A stretch of DNA of 64,000 nucleotides, from the NCBI GenBank assembly GCA_964234715.1, contig OZ174276.1, one strand, 5' to 3'. The translations under genes and the position numbers were made by a program. The stretch's first letter is position 1, and every line of letters starts with the position of its first letter. This stretch comes from Podarcis melisellensis (lineage: Eukaryota). Below are positions 52,111 through 64,000 of the stretch, piece after piece. The notes beneath the pieces are model-generated. The model was given only the letters and a program-made list of their open reading frames with translations. It made no database searches and had not been told where the DNA came from.

Positions 52111-53685
52111 GTGCCTGTACAGATCACCTCATTATAGTGGATCTTGAGATAAGCTGACAGTGGCTTAGATATGTGCAATGCCACAGGAACAATCTACATG
52201 GTAAGCCACTAAGTACTTTAAATTAGTAGCAGGCTGACCATAATAGACTCAACTAGAAATCTACACAGGGTCATTGACAAAACAAGTTTTGTTGAGTTAT
52301 TTTATTTTCAGATATGCCATATTCATGCAAATAACACATTATTTTGGGAATGGGGGGGGCAGCCATTATCCTTTTTCATTGCTGCCGTTAACTTCAATTG
52401 ATTTGTGTTAGATCTGCAAAAGTTTAAGAAGGAAAAGGAAATGGGGTGGTTAACTAAATGAAGAATTAAAAGGAGACTTTCAAGCCAAGCTCAACTAACA
52501 TTCCACTGTTCCATGAACCAGTTAATGCTCAATTAGTGCTTGTGTTAAATGAGTTCAGTATTTACTGTATTTGCATGGGAAAGAAATTTATACTACTGCT
52601 CAACAAAGCCTCAACTGGGTCATAGTTGAGAAGCAGATGAAAATTTACGGTTAACTGCATCGGCAGAAGCGCAATTAATTCTCAGCTCCATTTTAATGAA
52701 ATGAGCAGTGGCTCATTTGCCTCCAGGAATCTACAAATGCTCGATCGAGTTTTAGCTGGCAATGTAGACCTTATAAGACAGACTTTCTCATTCACCCTTT
52801 CATTGCTCTTTATTTGCCACACCTGTTACTCTGAGGATGATTTTAATTAGTAATCTAGAATCTTAGCAGCCAGCTGCACAACAGAAATGTTTCCCTTTTG
52901 CCTATGGGGCATCTGAGTAGTGAAATGAGTAGAGTTTATCCAAATCTGCAGGACTCTTTGGTTCAATACTTTAACCTGTACACAACACCAGTGCCTCTGT
53001 TCTATTTCTGTATCGTCTACTCTACAGATTTTGACAGTCCTAATGAGGGGATATCGAAGCCACATGAAGCTGTCTATGAAAGGTCAAAGTTTAAAGGAAC
53101 TTTGTAAACCCTATCGTTTTGAATTCTACAGTGTATAAAATAGTCTGTGCAGCATAATAAGAAACATACTTTCCTTATCCATTCATTGTACAGTGATAGA
53201 ATTATGCTTTCCCAGTACTTAGCAATAAAAAACTCTGTGCATCATTAAAACAGGGATGAACTGCCTTCTGACTTCTGCATTTAATGGGGCTTACTCCCAG
53301 GACTGATGCCTAAGGAAGTAAAAGCTAATCGGCAGGAAGGGGTGATGCATTCCTTCACACCTGGACTCTTGGTAATCAGTTGGGAATCTCTTCAGAATAA
53401 GAGATCAGAGGGAGGAGAGGCTACTGTCAAACACCCTTCCATTGTTCCTGGATACCACCCTCCCGCAAAAAGAAACAAAAGACAAACAAACCCCACTCAC
53501 AATATTTTGAATTGCAAGCCAATTTTTAGCTGATAACAGGGATACAAAAATACAGAAGAATGTAACATTTGAATAATGATCTCCAACATCACTGAGCAGT
53601 AGAGGTGAGCCATTATAGCTTACTTTTGAAATGAACAGAGTTACATTTTTTAAGGAGTTTCTCAAGACAATTTCAGGAAACCTAC

Positions 53686-53835
53686 TGGATGCTTTAGTTC
53701 TTAGTAGCTCAGATGGTGTGCTTGGCTCTCCAATCCCAATACTATTGCCAGCCACAACACGAAATTCATATTCAACCCAAGGGTTCAGATCAACCACTGT
53801 TGCTGTGTGGGTCCTTCCATTAATAACTTCAGGAA
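53686..53835 (-). CDS. CNTN6: Contactin-6 exon, FNIII-1 C-terminal half (150 nt)
   Basis: tag|(V)PEVINGRTHTATVVDLNPWVEYEFRVVAGNSIGIGEPSTPSELLRTKAS|gtaggt. Confidence 0.95.
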
Positions 53836-53919
53836 CTAAACATAAAAGCGAAAAATGATTAGTGATGGAAGAATGTGAAACTATAGCATAGAATGTAAGT
53901 CAGAAATGTGGCTGTATAC

Positions 53920-54078
53920 CTGTTGAAGCTGCTTGCCACCCAACTGAAAAAGGGGTCCTTATCTGAATAGTGTATATTTGGACTGGACTATTATTATCTG
54001 TTCCTTGTCTCCAGTTTAGCACTGCCGTTGTACTGGAAACATGTTCAATGTTAACATCTTTGGGAGGACCTGGAGTGC
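53920..54078 (-). CDS. CNTN6: Contactin-6 exon, FNIII-1 N-terminal half (159 nt)
   Basis: aag|(G)[52 protein letters not shown]|gtatac. Contains the contactin RTPFSVGWQ motif. Not in the ORF track. Confidence 0.95.
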
Positions 54079-55269
54079 CTTATTTTAAAAGGAAGAAAAT
54101 GCACATTTACTTTAGCAGAATACTTTGTAATGGTGCGGCTCTTTAGGGCTCTGTTGTGCATTTGATATCCACTACTAGATTGATTAGAGATATTTTTAGA
54201 AATCAGAAGTGAAGTAACCCACTGGTTCAACCCCCTGCTTTAAGGCCATATGGCTTAAAGCATAACATAGATGTCTAGCCATTCCTCCTAGATTACAACC
54301 TAAACTATACAAAATACTTCTCTCTTCGCTTTCTTAATAATCCAAAATAGTTCTCTGCCATCTCTGGCCCCAAAGGCCACCAGCTCCCAAACCCAAACTT
54401 CTTTTCCTGTTTTACTTAGCTTCTCCCTCTAGTAGGAGTGTCCTGTAAGAGGAACTCTTGAGAAGTCTGACGTCAACCTATAAAGCACATATACTGTGCA
54501 AGCACCATCCCTTACAATGTTATTCTCAGAGCAGATCTACTGGAATTAATGGGCCTAAGTTCATCATATCCATTAATATGAATGGGTCTACTCTGAGTAA
54601 AATTTTGTAGAATACCGCCCTGTATTTCTAACCTGCCCTTCATCACCCGATCTCAGGATGGGATGTGCATAAGACTATATGCCAGTTCCTGCAAAATTAA
54701 GAAAAAAACACCTGAATCCAATTATAAGAAACGAAAAGAACAGGAAAATATTCAAATCACCACCACCAAGCTTTAAAAACACAGTGTGGTTTTCACACTC
54801 CTAATAATAATAAGATTAACTAAAATTGAGTATTCTACTGGAAAAACTAATACATTTTTTAAGCAGGCACTGAAATGAAGAAAGTGTGAGATCCAAACAT
54901 ACCTTAGAGGTATATATTTGTTTATGATATAGGATGCACAAACTAAGCATTCTCCTCTAACAAGATTATTGAGCAAATAATGGATTCGGTTTAACAGCTA
55001 AGATATGCTATAGACATATATATCCTAGATTTCTAGAGTGTGAAAAAAAGTGTGAGGAAGAAATAATGTCTGCCGGCGTTTGCATTTGAGATGCTTAGAT
55101 GCCCACCGGGCAAATTTTACTCTGATGGGAATATATGGTGGTAAGAAACATATCTGAGCTGTAGATCATGAGTTATTTACATTTCATTCAACCTCTTCTC
55201 TGATGCTGATGCATATAATATCATTCCCTGTGTTACAGTTAGCTGGCGTTTTATAGATAATAGACTTAC

Positions 55270-55387
55270 CCCTTACAATAATTTCTGCTGTTTCAGATAG
55301 GTTGTCCATAGATGTTTGTACTGTGCATCTGTATTTCCCAGAATGATTTAACTGAATGTTTCTTATCATAAGGTCCCCTACTGATTC
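55270..55387 (-). CDS. CNTN6: Contactin-6 exon, Ig6 C-terminal half (118 nt)
   Basis: aag|[39 protein letters not shown](G)|gtaagt. Ig xSGxYxC motif. Confidence 0.95.
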
Positions 55388-55625
55388 CTTGAGATAAGAA
55401 GAGGAGAAATAGACAGCTAATTCATTTTCTATAGTGAATATTTCTGTAATTTGCGAAGCATTAATAAAATATGTAGTTTTAAAGTCCAAGCATATACTGC
55501 TATCATCTGTTTATTTCATTTGCATGCCTTTAATGCACCTTCACAAATAAAGCAAGCATTGAAAGCAAAAATATAAAGCAATAACACTTCTGGTGGGAGG
55601 ATACCAGAACTGGGAGACTTCATGA

Positions 55626-55789
55626 GTGCTACTATCAGATGTCAAAGAAATAAACAACTATATGACATTTAGAAGACATCTGAAGGCAGCCCTGTTTAGG
55701 GAAGTTTTTAATGTATTTTTAATCTTCTGTTGGAATCCGCCCAGAGTAGCTGGGGAAACCCAGCCAGATGGGCGGCGTAGAAATAAATT

Positions 55790-55821
<32 letters not shown>
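55626..55821 (+). mobile_element. L2-type LINE 3' end with (GTT)n tail
   Basis: Frame SDVKEINNYMTFRRHLKAALFREVF resembles the L2 ORF2 C-terminus (FKxxLKTxLF), followed by the shared 3' UTR. Confidence 0.8.
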
Positions 55822-55822
<1 letters not shown>

Positions 55823-56031
55823 AGACAGAGTGAGGCAGCCACCCCGGGCAGTTGATGCTGTGGCAGTGAGTGACAATGAGGCACTGGAATACAACATTTG
55901 TGTGCCACCAAGCCTGCCCTATGCCCTATTAACTACCCTGCTTTTCTCAGGTGTGGTGAGGATAGTTGTCAGATCACTAGTGTTGAATATTCAACTCCAC
56001 GTTCAATTGCCATCTGCCCATGAAATTGCTG

Positions 56032-56058
56032 GTGTGTGTGTGTGTGTGTGTGTGTGTG
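56032..56058. repeat. (TG)n microsatellite
   Basis: Directly visible. Confidence 0.95.
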
Positions 56059-56812
56059 TATCCTTGTCTTTTGCCCCAGACAGCAGCTTCTTTTTGGTCA
56101 CCTAAGACTTAAACCCCAAGTCTTTTAACCATCAGAAAAAATGCCATAGGAAGCTGCATGCCCATAGAAATATGTAAGGTGCATTTTTGTGACCCAGTAT
56201 GTGAAGATTTCCAGTAGAACAAGTCTTTATCACTTGTACTTGAAAGGATATGTTCCATTTCTTCTGGTGGGTCGAGAAATATAGTTTGGACTCATCCTCA
56301 GTTGTAGGAAAGACATTTCCAGATACCCAGGTTGTTAACCCTTTTAGGGATTTTTGTTAGTTAGAGCTACCATGCTGGGAGCCTTCTGATTTTGATGTAT
56401 ATCCTTGTGGCTATTTCTTACTGTTTTAATATTTGGCCTTAACTGTAGAGTTTGAGGAGCCTTACCCTGACAAATCATGTCCAATAGGGACCAAGGGACT
56501 GAGGGACAAGCATCCATAGTCCTTGCAGGAACAGCACAGCACAAGTTGGTGCTGACACACTGCACATTTATCACCAACTATTCAGCAATGGACATAAATG
56601 GTAATGCAGATTTAAAATTATCATCTTTTTAAACACATAGACAAAAACAAAACGACAACACTAACCACAAATTAAACAGACATAGCTTTATGATTTCCCA
56701 ATGCATGTTACAAAAATATGTCATTTAGGGCAAGGGGACCCATGTGATTTATGAATGGTTAAATACGCACACACACACACTGATTATATGAAGAAGTGTC
56801 TGTAAAACTTAC

Positions 56813-56988
56813 TCCTCCGGCTCTTTCAAAATGACTCATTCTTCTTTTAAAATCTATAACATCTCCATTGAATGACCATGAAAACGCAACCTTGATAGAT
56901 GGATCTTTGGATACCTGACAAGGCAGGACTACACTTTCTCCAACTGTAACATCCATATTGGAAGGTGGAGTAGTAATGATAGTCCTCT
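56813..56988 (-). CDS. CNTN6: Contactin-6 exon, Ig6 N-terminal half (176 nt)
   Basis: cag|AG AGG ACT... gives (E)RTIITTPPSNMDVTVGESVVLPCQVSKDPSIKVAFSWSFNGDVIDFKRRMSHFERAGG|gtaagt. Ig Cys and Trp present. Confidence 0.95.
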
Positions 56989-57918
56989 CTGTTGAAGGCA
57001 GAACAAGTCATTCTTGGTTGCATCAGTAGTTTACAAAAAAATCAGTTACTTTAGAAAGAACTACCAAGATCCCAAAGGACTTGTGTTAACCCCCAAAAGC
57101 ATCGGTTGAAAGAAGAAAAAAAACCCTTTCAAGTAATTTAGATTACACTCCCAGCCACTTAATTAACGAAAATTATAGTTTGCTTAAGGGACGAGGGAAT
57201 GAGTTAGAGCTTTGATTCCTGAACCCCTCCATTCTCATTGGCATGATTGTCAGATAAATTAGAGATAACAACTTCCCTGTTATAAGCAGTTTAGGCAAAA
57301 ACAGCTTTTGTGGATGAAAGCATTATACAATCATGAGGATCATATGCATACAAAAAAAAAGCAACATCAAGCTTAGTCAAGATGATAAATACTGTATGAA
57401 TTAAGTACTGGTAGCTAGGAGGGAGAAAGAGGTGTGAAATGAAGATATAAGAGATGTATTTTTTATGATTAAAAATAACGTTAAGGTCTTTAGAAAAATG
57501 GAAAAAGTAAACGGCAGACTCCACTGTTCCTAACTTGTAGAAAGTATGAAATAATTCATCAGAAAATATCGAGATATAATATATCCTGCATATTTTGGGG
57601 GGACAGGCTAGAAAGTGCAATGCTTTTCTCTCCAAATCTGTCATTTTGGGTGCCTGAATTGGTATTTTGTAGGAAGGACTGAAGCACCTAGTGAAATTTT
57701 AGGTTAGTGCATTTCAAATGGATGAAAGGGCTGTGATACCTTAGTGCAAAACATCCACATCCACACACACACAGGGTGGGAAAGGGGTGGGGCAACATAT
57801 AGAAAAGTATAGGAGGGATGAATGATTTACACTCCACAAGCAAATGAATGAGTGCTTGTTGTTATATGACAGAAGGAACCAGTATTGACAAATTAGCCCA
57901 TCCCTATCACCATATAAT

Positions 57919-58261
57919 GGGACGTGGGTGGCGCTGTGGGTTAAACCACAGAGCCTAGGACTTGCCGATCAGAAGGTTGGCGGTTCGAATCCCCGCGACG
58001 GGGTGAGCTCCCATTGCTCAGTCCCTGCTCCTGCCAACCTAGCAGTTCAAAAGCACATTAAAGTGCAAGTAGATAAATAGGTACCACTCTGGCGGGAAGG
58101 TAAATGGCGTTTCCGTGCGCTGCTCTGGTTCGCCAGAAGCAGCTTAGTCATGCTGGCCACATGACCCGGAAGCTGTACGCCGGCTCCCTCGGCCAATAAA
58201 GCGAGATGAGCGCTGCAACCTCAGAGTCGGCCACGACTGGACCTAATGGTCAGGGGTTCTT
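57919..58261 (+). mobile_element. Sauria SINE, full length
   Basis: Head gggacgtgggtggcgctgtgg, B-box ggttcgaatcc; 12-bp TSD tatcaccatata (57905-57916 / 58262-58273). Confidence 0.93.
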
Positions 58262-58587
58262 TATCACCATATATAAGCTTTGCGCAAAGAAATCAGGATG
58301 AATCTTGAATGAAATGGTCAAGACGGCCTGAACCTAAAAACTACAACGGAAGCTCCATGTAAATGCATGAACATGAATTGTACCCTTCTGTCAACCCTGA
58401 TTCCAAACACAGTACTCATGGACTTGGCCTTTCCTTCCTGCCTTTATGTAACTGTACTTTTGGTGCAGAGCTTCTTAAGCATCTAAGCATATTCGGAAAC
58501 ACAACATATCATTTGCCACAACGTACCCACTTAATACCTGGCTCCAACACCCTGATTATACCTCAACATGGAAATATGAGGACTCAC

Positions 58588-58937
58588 TGGCTAAACTGAC
58601 ATACAAACTGCGGTACAAGGACAACTGTGACTTTAAGGAAGAATGGGAGCTTTTTACAAATTATCTAAAAAGACAACAAAATGAACTAGACTCCTGGGCA
58701 GGTTTTGAATAAACATACACAAATTTATTGGTTGATAACATGGTAGATAGATAATGTAAGGATATGTATAATTTTAGAACATGCAGAGAGTAATCTGTGC
58801 TGAGAAATCAGAGAGGGGAGCTGAGGGGGAGTCTCGGGGGGGAGGGAGGGTTTGTTGGGGGTGGGGAAAGGGAAAAAATGAATATATGTTTTGATATGTT
58901 ATGTTGAAATTGCTAATAAAAACAATTTTTAAAAAAG
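58588..58937 (+). mobile_element. L1-clade LINE, 5'-truncated 3' end
   Basis: ORF end AKLTYKLRYKDNCDFKEEWELFTNYLKRQQNELDSWAGFE*, G-rich 3' UTR, AATAAA, A-rich tail; ~16-bp TSD aaata(t/a)gaggac(t/c)cac. Confidence 0.8.
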
Positions 58938-61900
58938 AAAATAAGAGGACCCACAAAATGCTGAAGCCTAAGCTCCATGCAGGTGTTGGAATTCAGAAAA
59001 GAGTAAATATGTGGGGGGGGGTGTTCAGTAGCTCCCCCCCATCATCTTTCCCATAGCCCTCTGGAATTGGAAAATGATGGGTCCATGGGTACAGGAGAAC
59101 TCCCCACTTTACATAGATGCCCTCCATGAGTTGTGGGCAACAGAAGCAACAACAGAGGTAGCACAGCTATCATGCTCATCCCTACTGAGCCTCTCACATT
59201 TACTCCTCGCTGCCTTACAATGTGTGCATTGAGCTCCATTGTTCCATTTTGTTCTATTGTTCTGCTTTGTTAAGCAGTTCAGCCATGCATTATCCAGAGT
59301 CTACGTGTGCATTCTTGCAGTCTTAGCAAAACAAAAAAGCATATTTTATAGAAGGCTGATGCTCGGTCTCTCTGGGTCTATCAGTCTAGCCAGATCACAT
59401 CAAGTGCTATGAGTGATGCTAAGATGTTTGTTTCTCTTGATGCAAGCTGTTGTCTTTATGAGGTTTTCCTTAAGATTTCCATCTCAAATCTTTCTAAATG
59501 CCTCTTAAAAGCTCCCACGTTCCCATTATCTATCTGTCTTGCTTACTAACTGCAGACATGCATTATGGAGCATGCCCCGTTTCCAAAGAGAAAAATAGAC
59601 AATGCACTCAGTGCACTTGAGGTATAATAAAGACTTCTTATCATAAGGAATAAACAACTCAATAAGCAGCAATAAACTTAATTTGCCCATTAGATATGCC
59701 TTTTGGAATTCTGACATTTCAGTTGAATATAATGCTGAAGCAATGAGGCCTATAATTGAACAGCCAAAACTTATCCAGAGGGGAACCAAAACAAATGTTC
59801 CCTGCAAACACTACCATTATGATAGCATGTTGTTATTTTGATTTTTAATAAATGTTGCAATTGTCAAATTAAGGCTTTTCTTTACGTTTGAAAAATTTAA
59901 TTGTCACATCATTCACAATTAGGATACATGTCCGCTATATGAAAAAATACAACACTTCAGAATCTTTAAATGCTGGGAGGCATCCAAGTAACTTTGGGTG
60001 CAGAGAATTGCTTGCACATATAACCTGGGGCTGGATTTTTTTTATTGAACAAAAATATACATGTGTGCACACTGTTGCATTGGCACATCTCTCACTGGTT
60101 TTTATGTGCTATTTAAAATTAAAGTGTTTGCTACATTAAGTTGCTAGAGCCACCAATGGATAAGACAAATATTCTAAGCATAAATGCATACATATATTTA
60201 AACAACTCCTGGTAAGATGTTATATACACAATCCAAGACATTATCTGTTCCTTAGCTGATTTTATAAGCCCCAAACAGTTTTCTTAGGGAATAACAGACA
60301 TTTAACAAAAAAGGGAAACTAAAGTTTGGAGGGAAAAAAAAAGGGAAACTAAAGTTTGGATGATAGTTTTCCAACTTCAGCAAATATATACAGTATATTG
60401 CTGAACATATTTACGGTGCTTGAAGAAACAGGCATGGCCATCTCAAAAGGAATGAGTAATAGAGCAATCCCACTGTCCCTCCCTACCTCCTCCTCCTCCT
60501 CCTTGCATGTGAGAGGAACTGGGAGGGGGTTGGATTGGACTGAGATGTTTCCCTCTGCCAGTCTTGCCAACTATTGGCAAGACGGCCAGGCAGATCACTC
60601 TTCCATCTGCTGCTGAATGGGCAAGTGGGTGAGATTGCTGCTGGTGAGCTTCCTGCTAGCAGCAGCCCACAGAAAGCCCCACATTGGAGGTGGCACCTAC
60701 TCTCTGCCCCAGCCACCATGCATAGCATGGCTGTGAATGAGGTGATGGCCTCCTGCTGGGTGGGACTTGGGTTTGTAGCCAAAGAAGGGCATGTCAAATA
60801 ATGCCAATAAATATTCTGACTTTTGGAACAACAAAGACTGCTTATGTTTGCTGGACAAAGGGGAGACAACTCCTTTGAAAATGTTAAGGAATGAGTACCA
60901 CATATTGTATGAAACAAGGGCCAAAGCCAAGTAGTTGTGGAATACCTAGAGAGGTGCTCCTGTCTCCATCATTATTAACTTTCAGGATTCCTGTTTCCCC
61001 AGGCATTTAGTGGCTGAAGAATACTGTTTTCAGTATAAGTTTGGTACTCATTTTCATATTATTTGCGAATAGATTCCCCCTCCCCCCAGAAGCAAATAAC
61101 ATGGAAATGAGCACTAGACCTGCACTATATTCCACTATCATTCCAGAAGTGGTTTTTATGTTGTGTGAAAGCTCAAATATAATGTAGAACCTATCAAGGG
61201 AAAGTCATGAAAGCAAAATAAACTGCCATGTGAATGTGGCCTTTGGCCCTGACTCTAGTTTGAGCTGTATGGGGAGCGGGAATTCCCCTCATTAGTGTCA
61301 TTTTGTGTGTTATCTTTTTATGCATTGTGTTTGAGCCTGCAATCCAGCACTGGGACACATGCAGGGTAGAAGAGTAGTAAAATGAGGCTGGGTTTTTTTT
61401 GATAAGAAGAAACAACAAAATTACTTGGCCAGTGGACTTAGCTGCAGCATTCCCTGTATCACAGCTACAGCTTAAATGCGGGCAGTTTTGCTCTATGCTA
61501 GCCAGGCTATAAAAGATATCCAACCTGAACTGTTACTACTGTACTTTCGTAACAACCAAGTGAAATGTAATTCACTTGACTACTGGTGTTACAGTAACAT
61601 GGCTCCTGGCAAGGTAAAAGTATTTTGACAATATAAAAATAAAACTAATCAGTGTGTATATTGGTGGGGGGGGGGGCGGAGAGAGACACGCAACTATGTT
61701 ATCACAAGCTATAATGGCCACTCCATTTTTCTTCAAAATACCATCATTGTTAATGTTATCTAGTGTCACCCTTTTTTTGCAGAGGGCTGATAATTACATT
61801 TAAAGCAATTTGCCCCTAAAACCCATTCCTCATCAGTTATAGTCACAATTTAATGTCAGAATGCAGAGCTTTCTGTAGAGAAAACCAATTATTTTAAAAT

Positions 61901-62696
61901 GCCAAACAAGATCAGATTGAGGAAAAACCACACACTAATACTTAAGTTGCGCCTCTACAGCTGCTGTTTCTTGGCACTTAAACAACCTCTTCATGGGTTT
62001 ATCACTCGGGGCTTAACCCAAGCCCTTAAGAATGCTTCTGTATCTTTTGAGCTGTAGGAAAATCTCTATTAGCTGGCAGCCATGAACTGCCCCCACTCTC
62101 CTATCTTCAGGCACAGCAGCCATTACAAAGATGACAGGATGTATTTTAAGCCCGTCTGCAGCCAGAGTTCACCCATAGCTAAAGAGCTGCAGAGTTCTTG
62201 TATGGCTACGCTTCCTATCTGCACAGTACAAGCTATTGTACAGAAGGCTGTCCACAAGCACTCCATATTTTGCTACACGGATACTTGTCACATCAGCTGA
62301 TGAAAAGCTCATGTTGGCCCAAACCTTCATTGATATGGGTTGGATACTGACTACCTGTGTGCAGAACTCTGCCCTGGGGGTGGGGCTCCTGTTTACCCTT
62401 CTCCTTGCAGTCCCTGTGCCCATTAAAGAGCTGCTCCAAATGGCTGGGACATCCTTGAGAATAGTGTGAGAGTGGGGAACAGGCTGAATGGAGAATTAGT
62501 GAAAAAAGCCTCCGACTGTGCATGGGAATGCACCTCTAGCAGAAACGTTCCCTTCATTGAAATGAACGGGAAAGCCATGGCAGGCAGATTTGTGGTGGTT
62601 GTATATTGTGGGATTCACCCCTCATGTTTAGGAGCTATTCATCAGAAAATAGTCATCCCTGGCTTATCCCCCCTCCCCGGCAGTGTAATTTGTTCA

Positions 62697-62870
62697 AGAA
62701 GCTGCATAGCTCAGTGGTGTACATGCGCTGCAGACAAAATGGACCAGGTTCAGTCCCAGACATCTCTCATCAAAACATGAAAGACCTCCATCTGAGAACC
62801 TAGAGAGCTGCAGCCACTCAGAACGGGATATATTGGTCACATGGAGAAGATGCCTGATCTGGTACAAGGT
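62697..62870 (+). mobile_element. tRNA-derived SINE
   Basis: A-box atagctcagtggt; B-box-like ggttcagtccc. Confidence 0.65.
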
Positions 62871-62944
62871 AGGCTCAGCAATCACAATGTAACTTCTCAT
62901 TATGTTGTCCTCATAGGGTCTCTGCTCTTGATGCCAGAGAAATA

Positions 62945-63194
62945 CAGTCGTACCTTGGAAGTCGAACAGCTTAATTCCCGATAGTTTTGGCTCCTGAACA
63001 TCGCAAACCCGGAAGTGAGTGTTCCAGTTTGAGAACTATTTTTGGAAGATGAACATTTGACGGGGCTTCCGTGGCTTCCGATTGGCTGCAAGAGCTTCCT
63101 GCAGCCAATTGGAAGCCGTGTTTTGGTTTTCGAATGTTTTGGAAGTTGAACGGACTTCCGGAATGGATTCCGTTCGACTTCCAAGGTATGATTG
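62945..63194. mobile_element. Tc1/mariner (Tigger-like) MITE
   Basis: TA TSDs; TIRs CAGTCGTACCTTGGAAGTCGAAC / GTTCGACTTCCAAGGTATGATTG; internal palindrome gcttccgattggctgca...tgcagccaattggaagc. Confidence 0.9.
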
Positions 63195-63945
63195 TATGCA
63201 GTTACATGAGAGACATCTGCTTTATTCAGGCACCGACTTTCAATATGTGAGGGTGGATTGTGTGTGCTCCTCATACCAGTTCCTTCATGCCCTCTGCATG
63301 TCCAAGTGTGACCGTATGGATCAGGGAACCTTCCTGAACTCACCATGGAGGATCCCACATATTATAGAACTCAAATATTCCCCCCCCCCCCAGGGTTTTG
63401 CACTGCACAAAAGCCTCAGTGAGTTCAAGAGGCTTCTCCACTGCAGGACTATCTCTTGGGAGTATGGAGGGACACTGGGAACTGTGATGAGGACAGAGAT
63501 AATGCACTCATGCACACCCTTCCTTCCTTGTGTCTTTATTTAAACCCCATTACAAATACCTACGTAGGGCTGGGTGTTAAAATTCTGAATCTGAATCTGA
63601 GTTGTATTTCACTGTACTATCTCTTTATACTTTCTTACATGTTTGGAAGAGAAGCAACCTATTTGAAATGCACCAATATCCAGAATGGAGCCTGAGAACT
63701 GATTGTGTATTTGTTGTCAGTATCACCATCTAAGAATGATATCAAAGCATTGGCACCACCTGCAGCTTGGCCAGGCACCCTCCGGTTTGCCAAAGGCATC
63801 TCAGCAGCCCTGTTCCAGACAGGAGATTTGGTTCAAACCGTGCCTCTGACAGTACTATTATATTCTCTGACATCTCAGCATGGTTAATCAAATATGCATG
63901 TGCATTTTCAATATGCATAAAGCGCAGATGAAGACAATAAAGTAC

Positions 63946-64000
63946 CTTTCACAATCAGGTTCCCTGAGTTCCTAGCAACTCCAAATTGATTCATTGCTAT
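63946..64000 (-). CDS. CNTN6: Contactin-6 exon (end of Ig5), cut by the window edge
   Basis: Minus strand reads IAMNQFGVARNSGNLIVK, then G|gtac donor. Matches my recollection of human CNTN6 'IATNQFGTAKNTGSLIVK'. Phase 1 joins the 56813-56988 exon. Not in the ORF track. Confidence 0.9.

Noticed and set aside
55626-56105. 159-aa plus-strand ORF
   Set aside because: It is an L2 C-terminus running into (GTT)n and (TG)n microsatellites, not a gene.
61572-61769. ORF containing KKNGVAII, reminiscent of the RTE endonuclease motif RRNGVAII
   Set aside because: A single short motif with no flanking similarity that I can see.
62900-63543. Overlapping 152-aa and 153-aa ORFs
   Set aside because: They span a palindromic MITE and decayed repeat sequence, with no recognisable domain.
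32390-64000. Assignment to CNTN3, CNTN4 or CNTN5
   Set aside because: Peptides such as WNRxTGRVLGYEVLYWTDDSK, [20 protein letters not shown] and SLSSRG fit CNTN6 as I recall it. A reciprocal BLASTP would confirm.
1-64000. CRISPR arrays, rRNA genes, operons or endogenous viral genes
   Set aside because: No repeat-spacer arrays, rRNA-like sequence or long viral-type ORFs seen. Content is consistent with an ordinary squamate locus.

Overview
Vertebrate genomic DNA, very likely from a lacertid-type lizard (inferred from Sauria SINEs, BovB/RTE, squamate-type CR1/L2 tails and hAT/Tc1-mariner MITEs). The right half (about 31.9-64 kb) holds the 3' part of a contactin gene on the minus strand, best matching CNTN6 (NB-3). 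I could place 12 coding exons by hand, all with GT-AG boundaries and matching phases. They encode the end of Ig5, Ig6, FNIII-1 to FNIII-4 and the C-terminal GPI-signal exon; the gene's 5' part lies beyond the right edge. The left half (1 to about 31.9 kb) shows no protein-coding gene. It is repeat-rich intergenic DNA with several non-repetitive, CpG-retaining patches that may be regulatory, plus one 131-N assembly gap. Most ORFs in the supplied track are spurious (repeat, microsatellite or antisense frames). I found no convincing novel multi-gene system. The best leads are an atypically short CNTN6 GPI signal, two ~0.8 kb terminal-repeat-like elements without TSDs, a decayed Penelope-type hammerhead ribozyme, an isolated RTE 5'-UTR-like segment and an in-frame internally deleted CR1.
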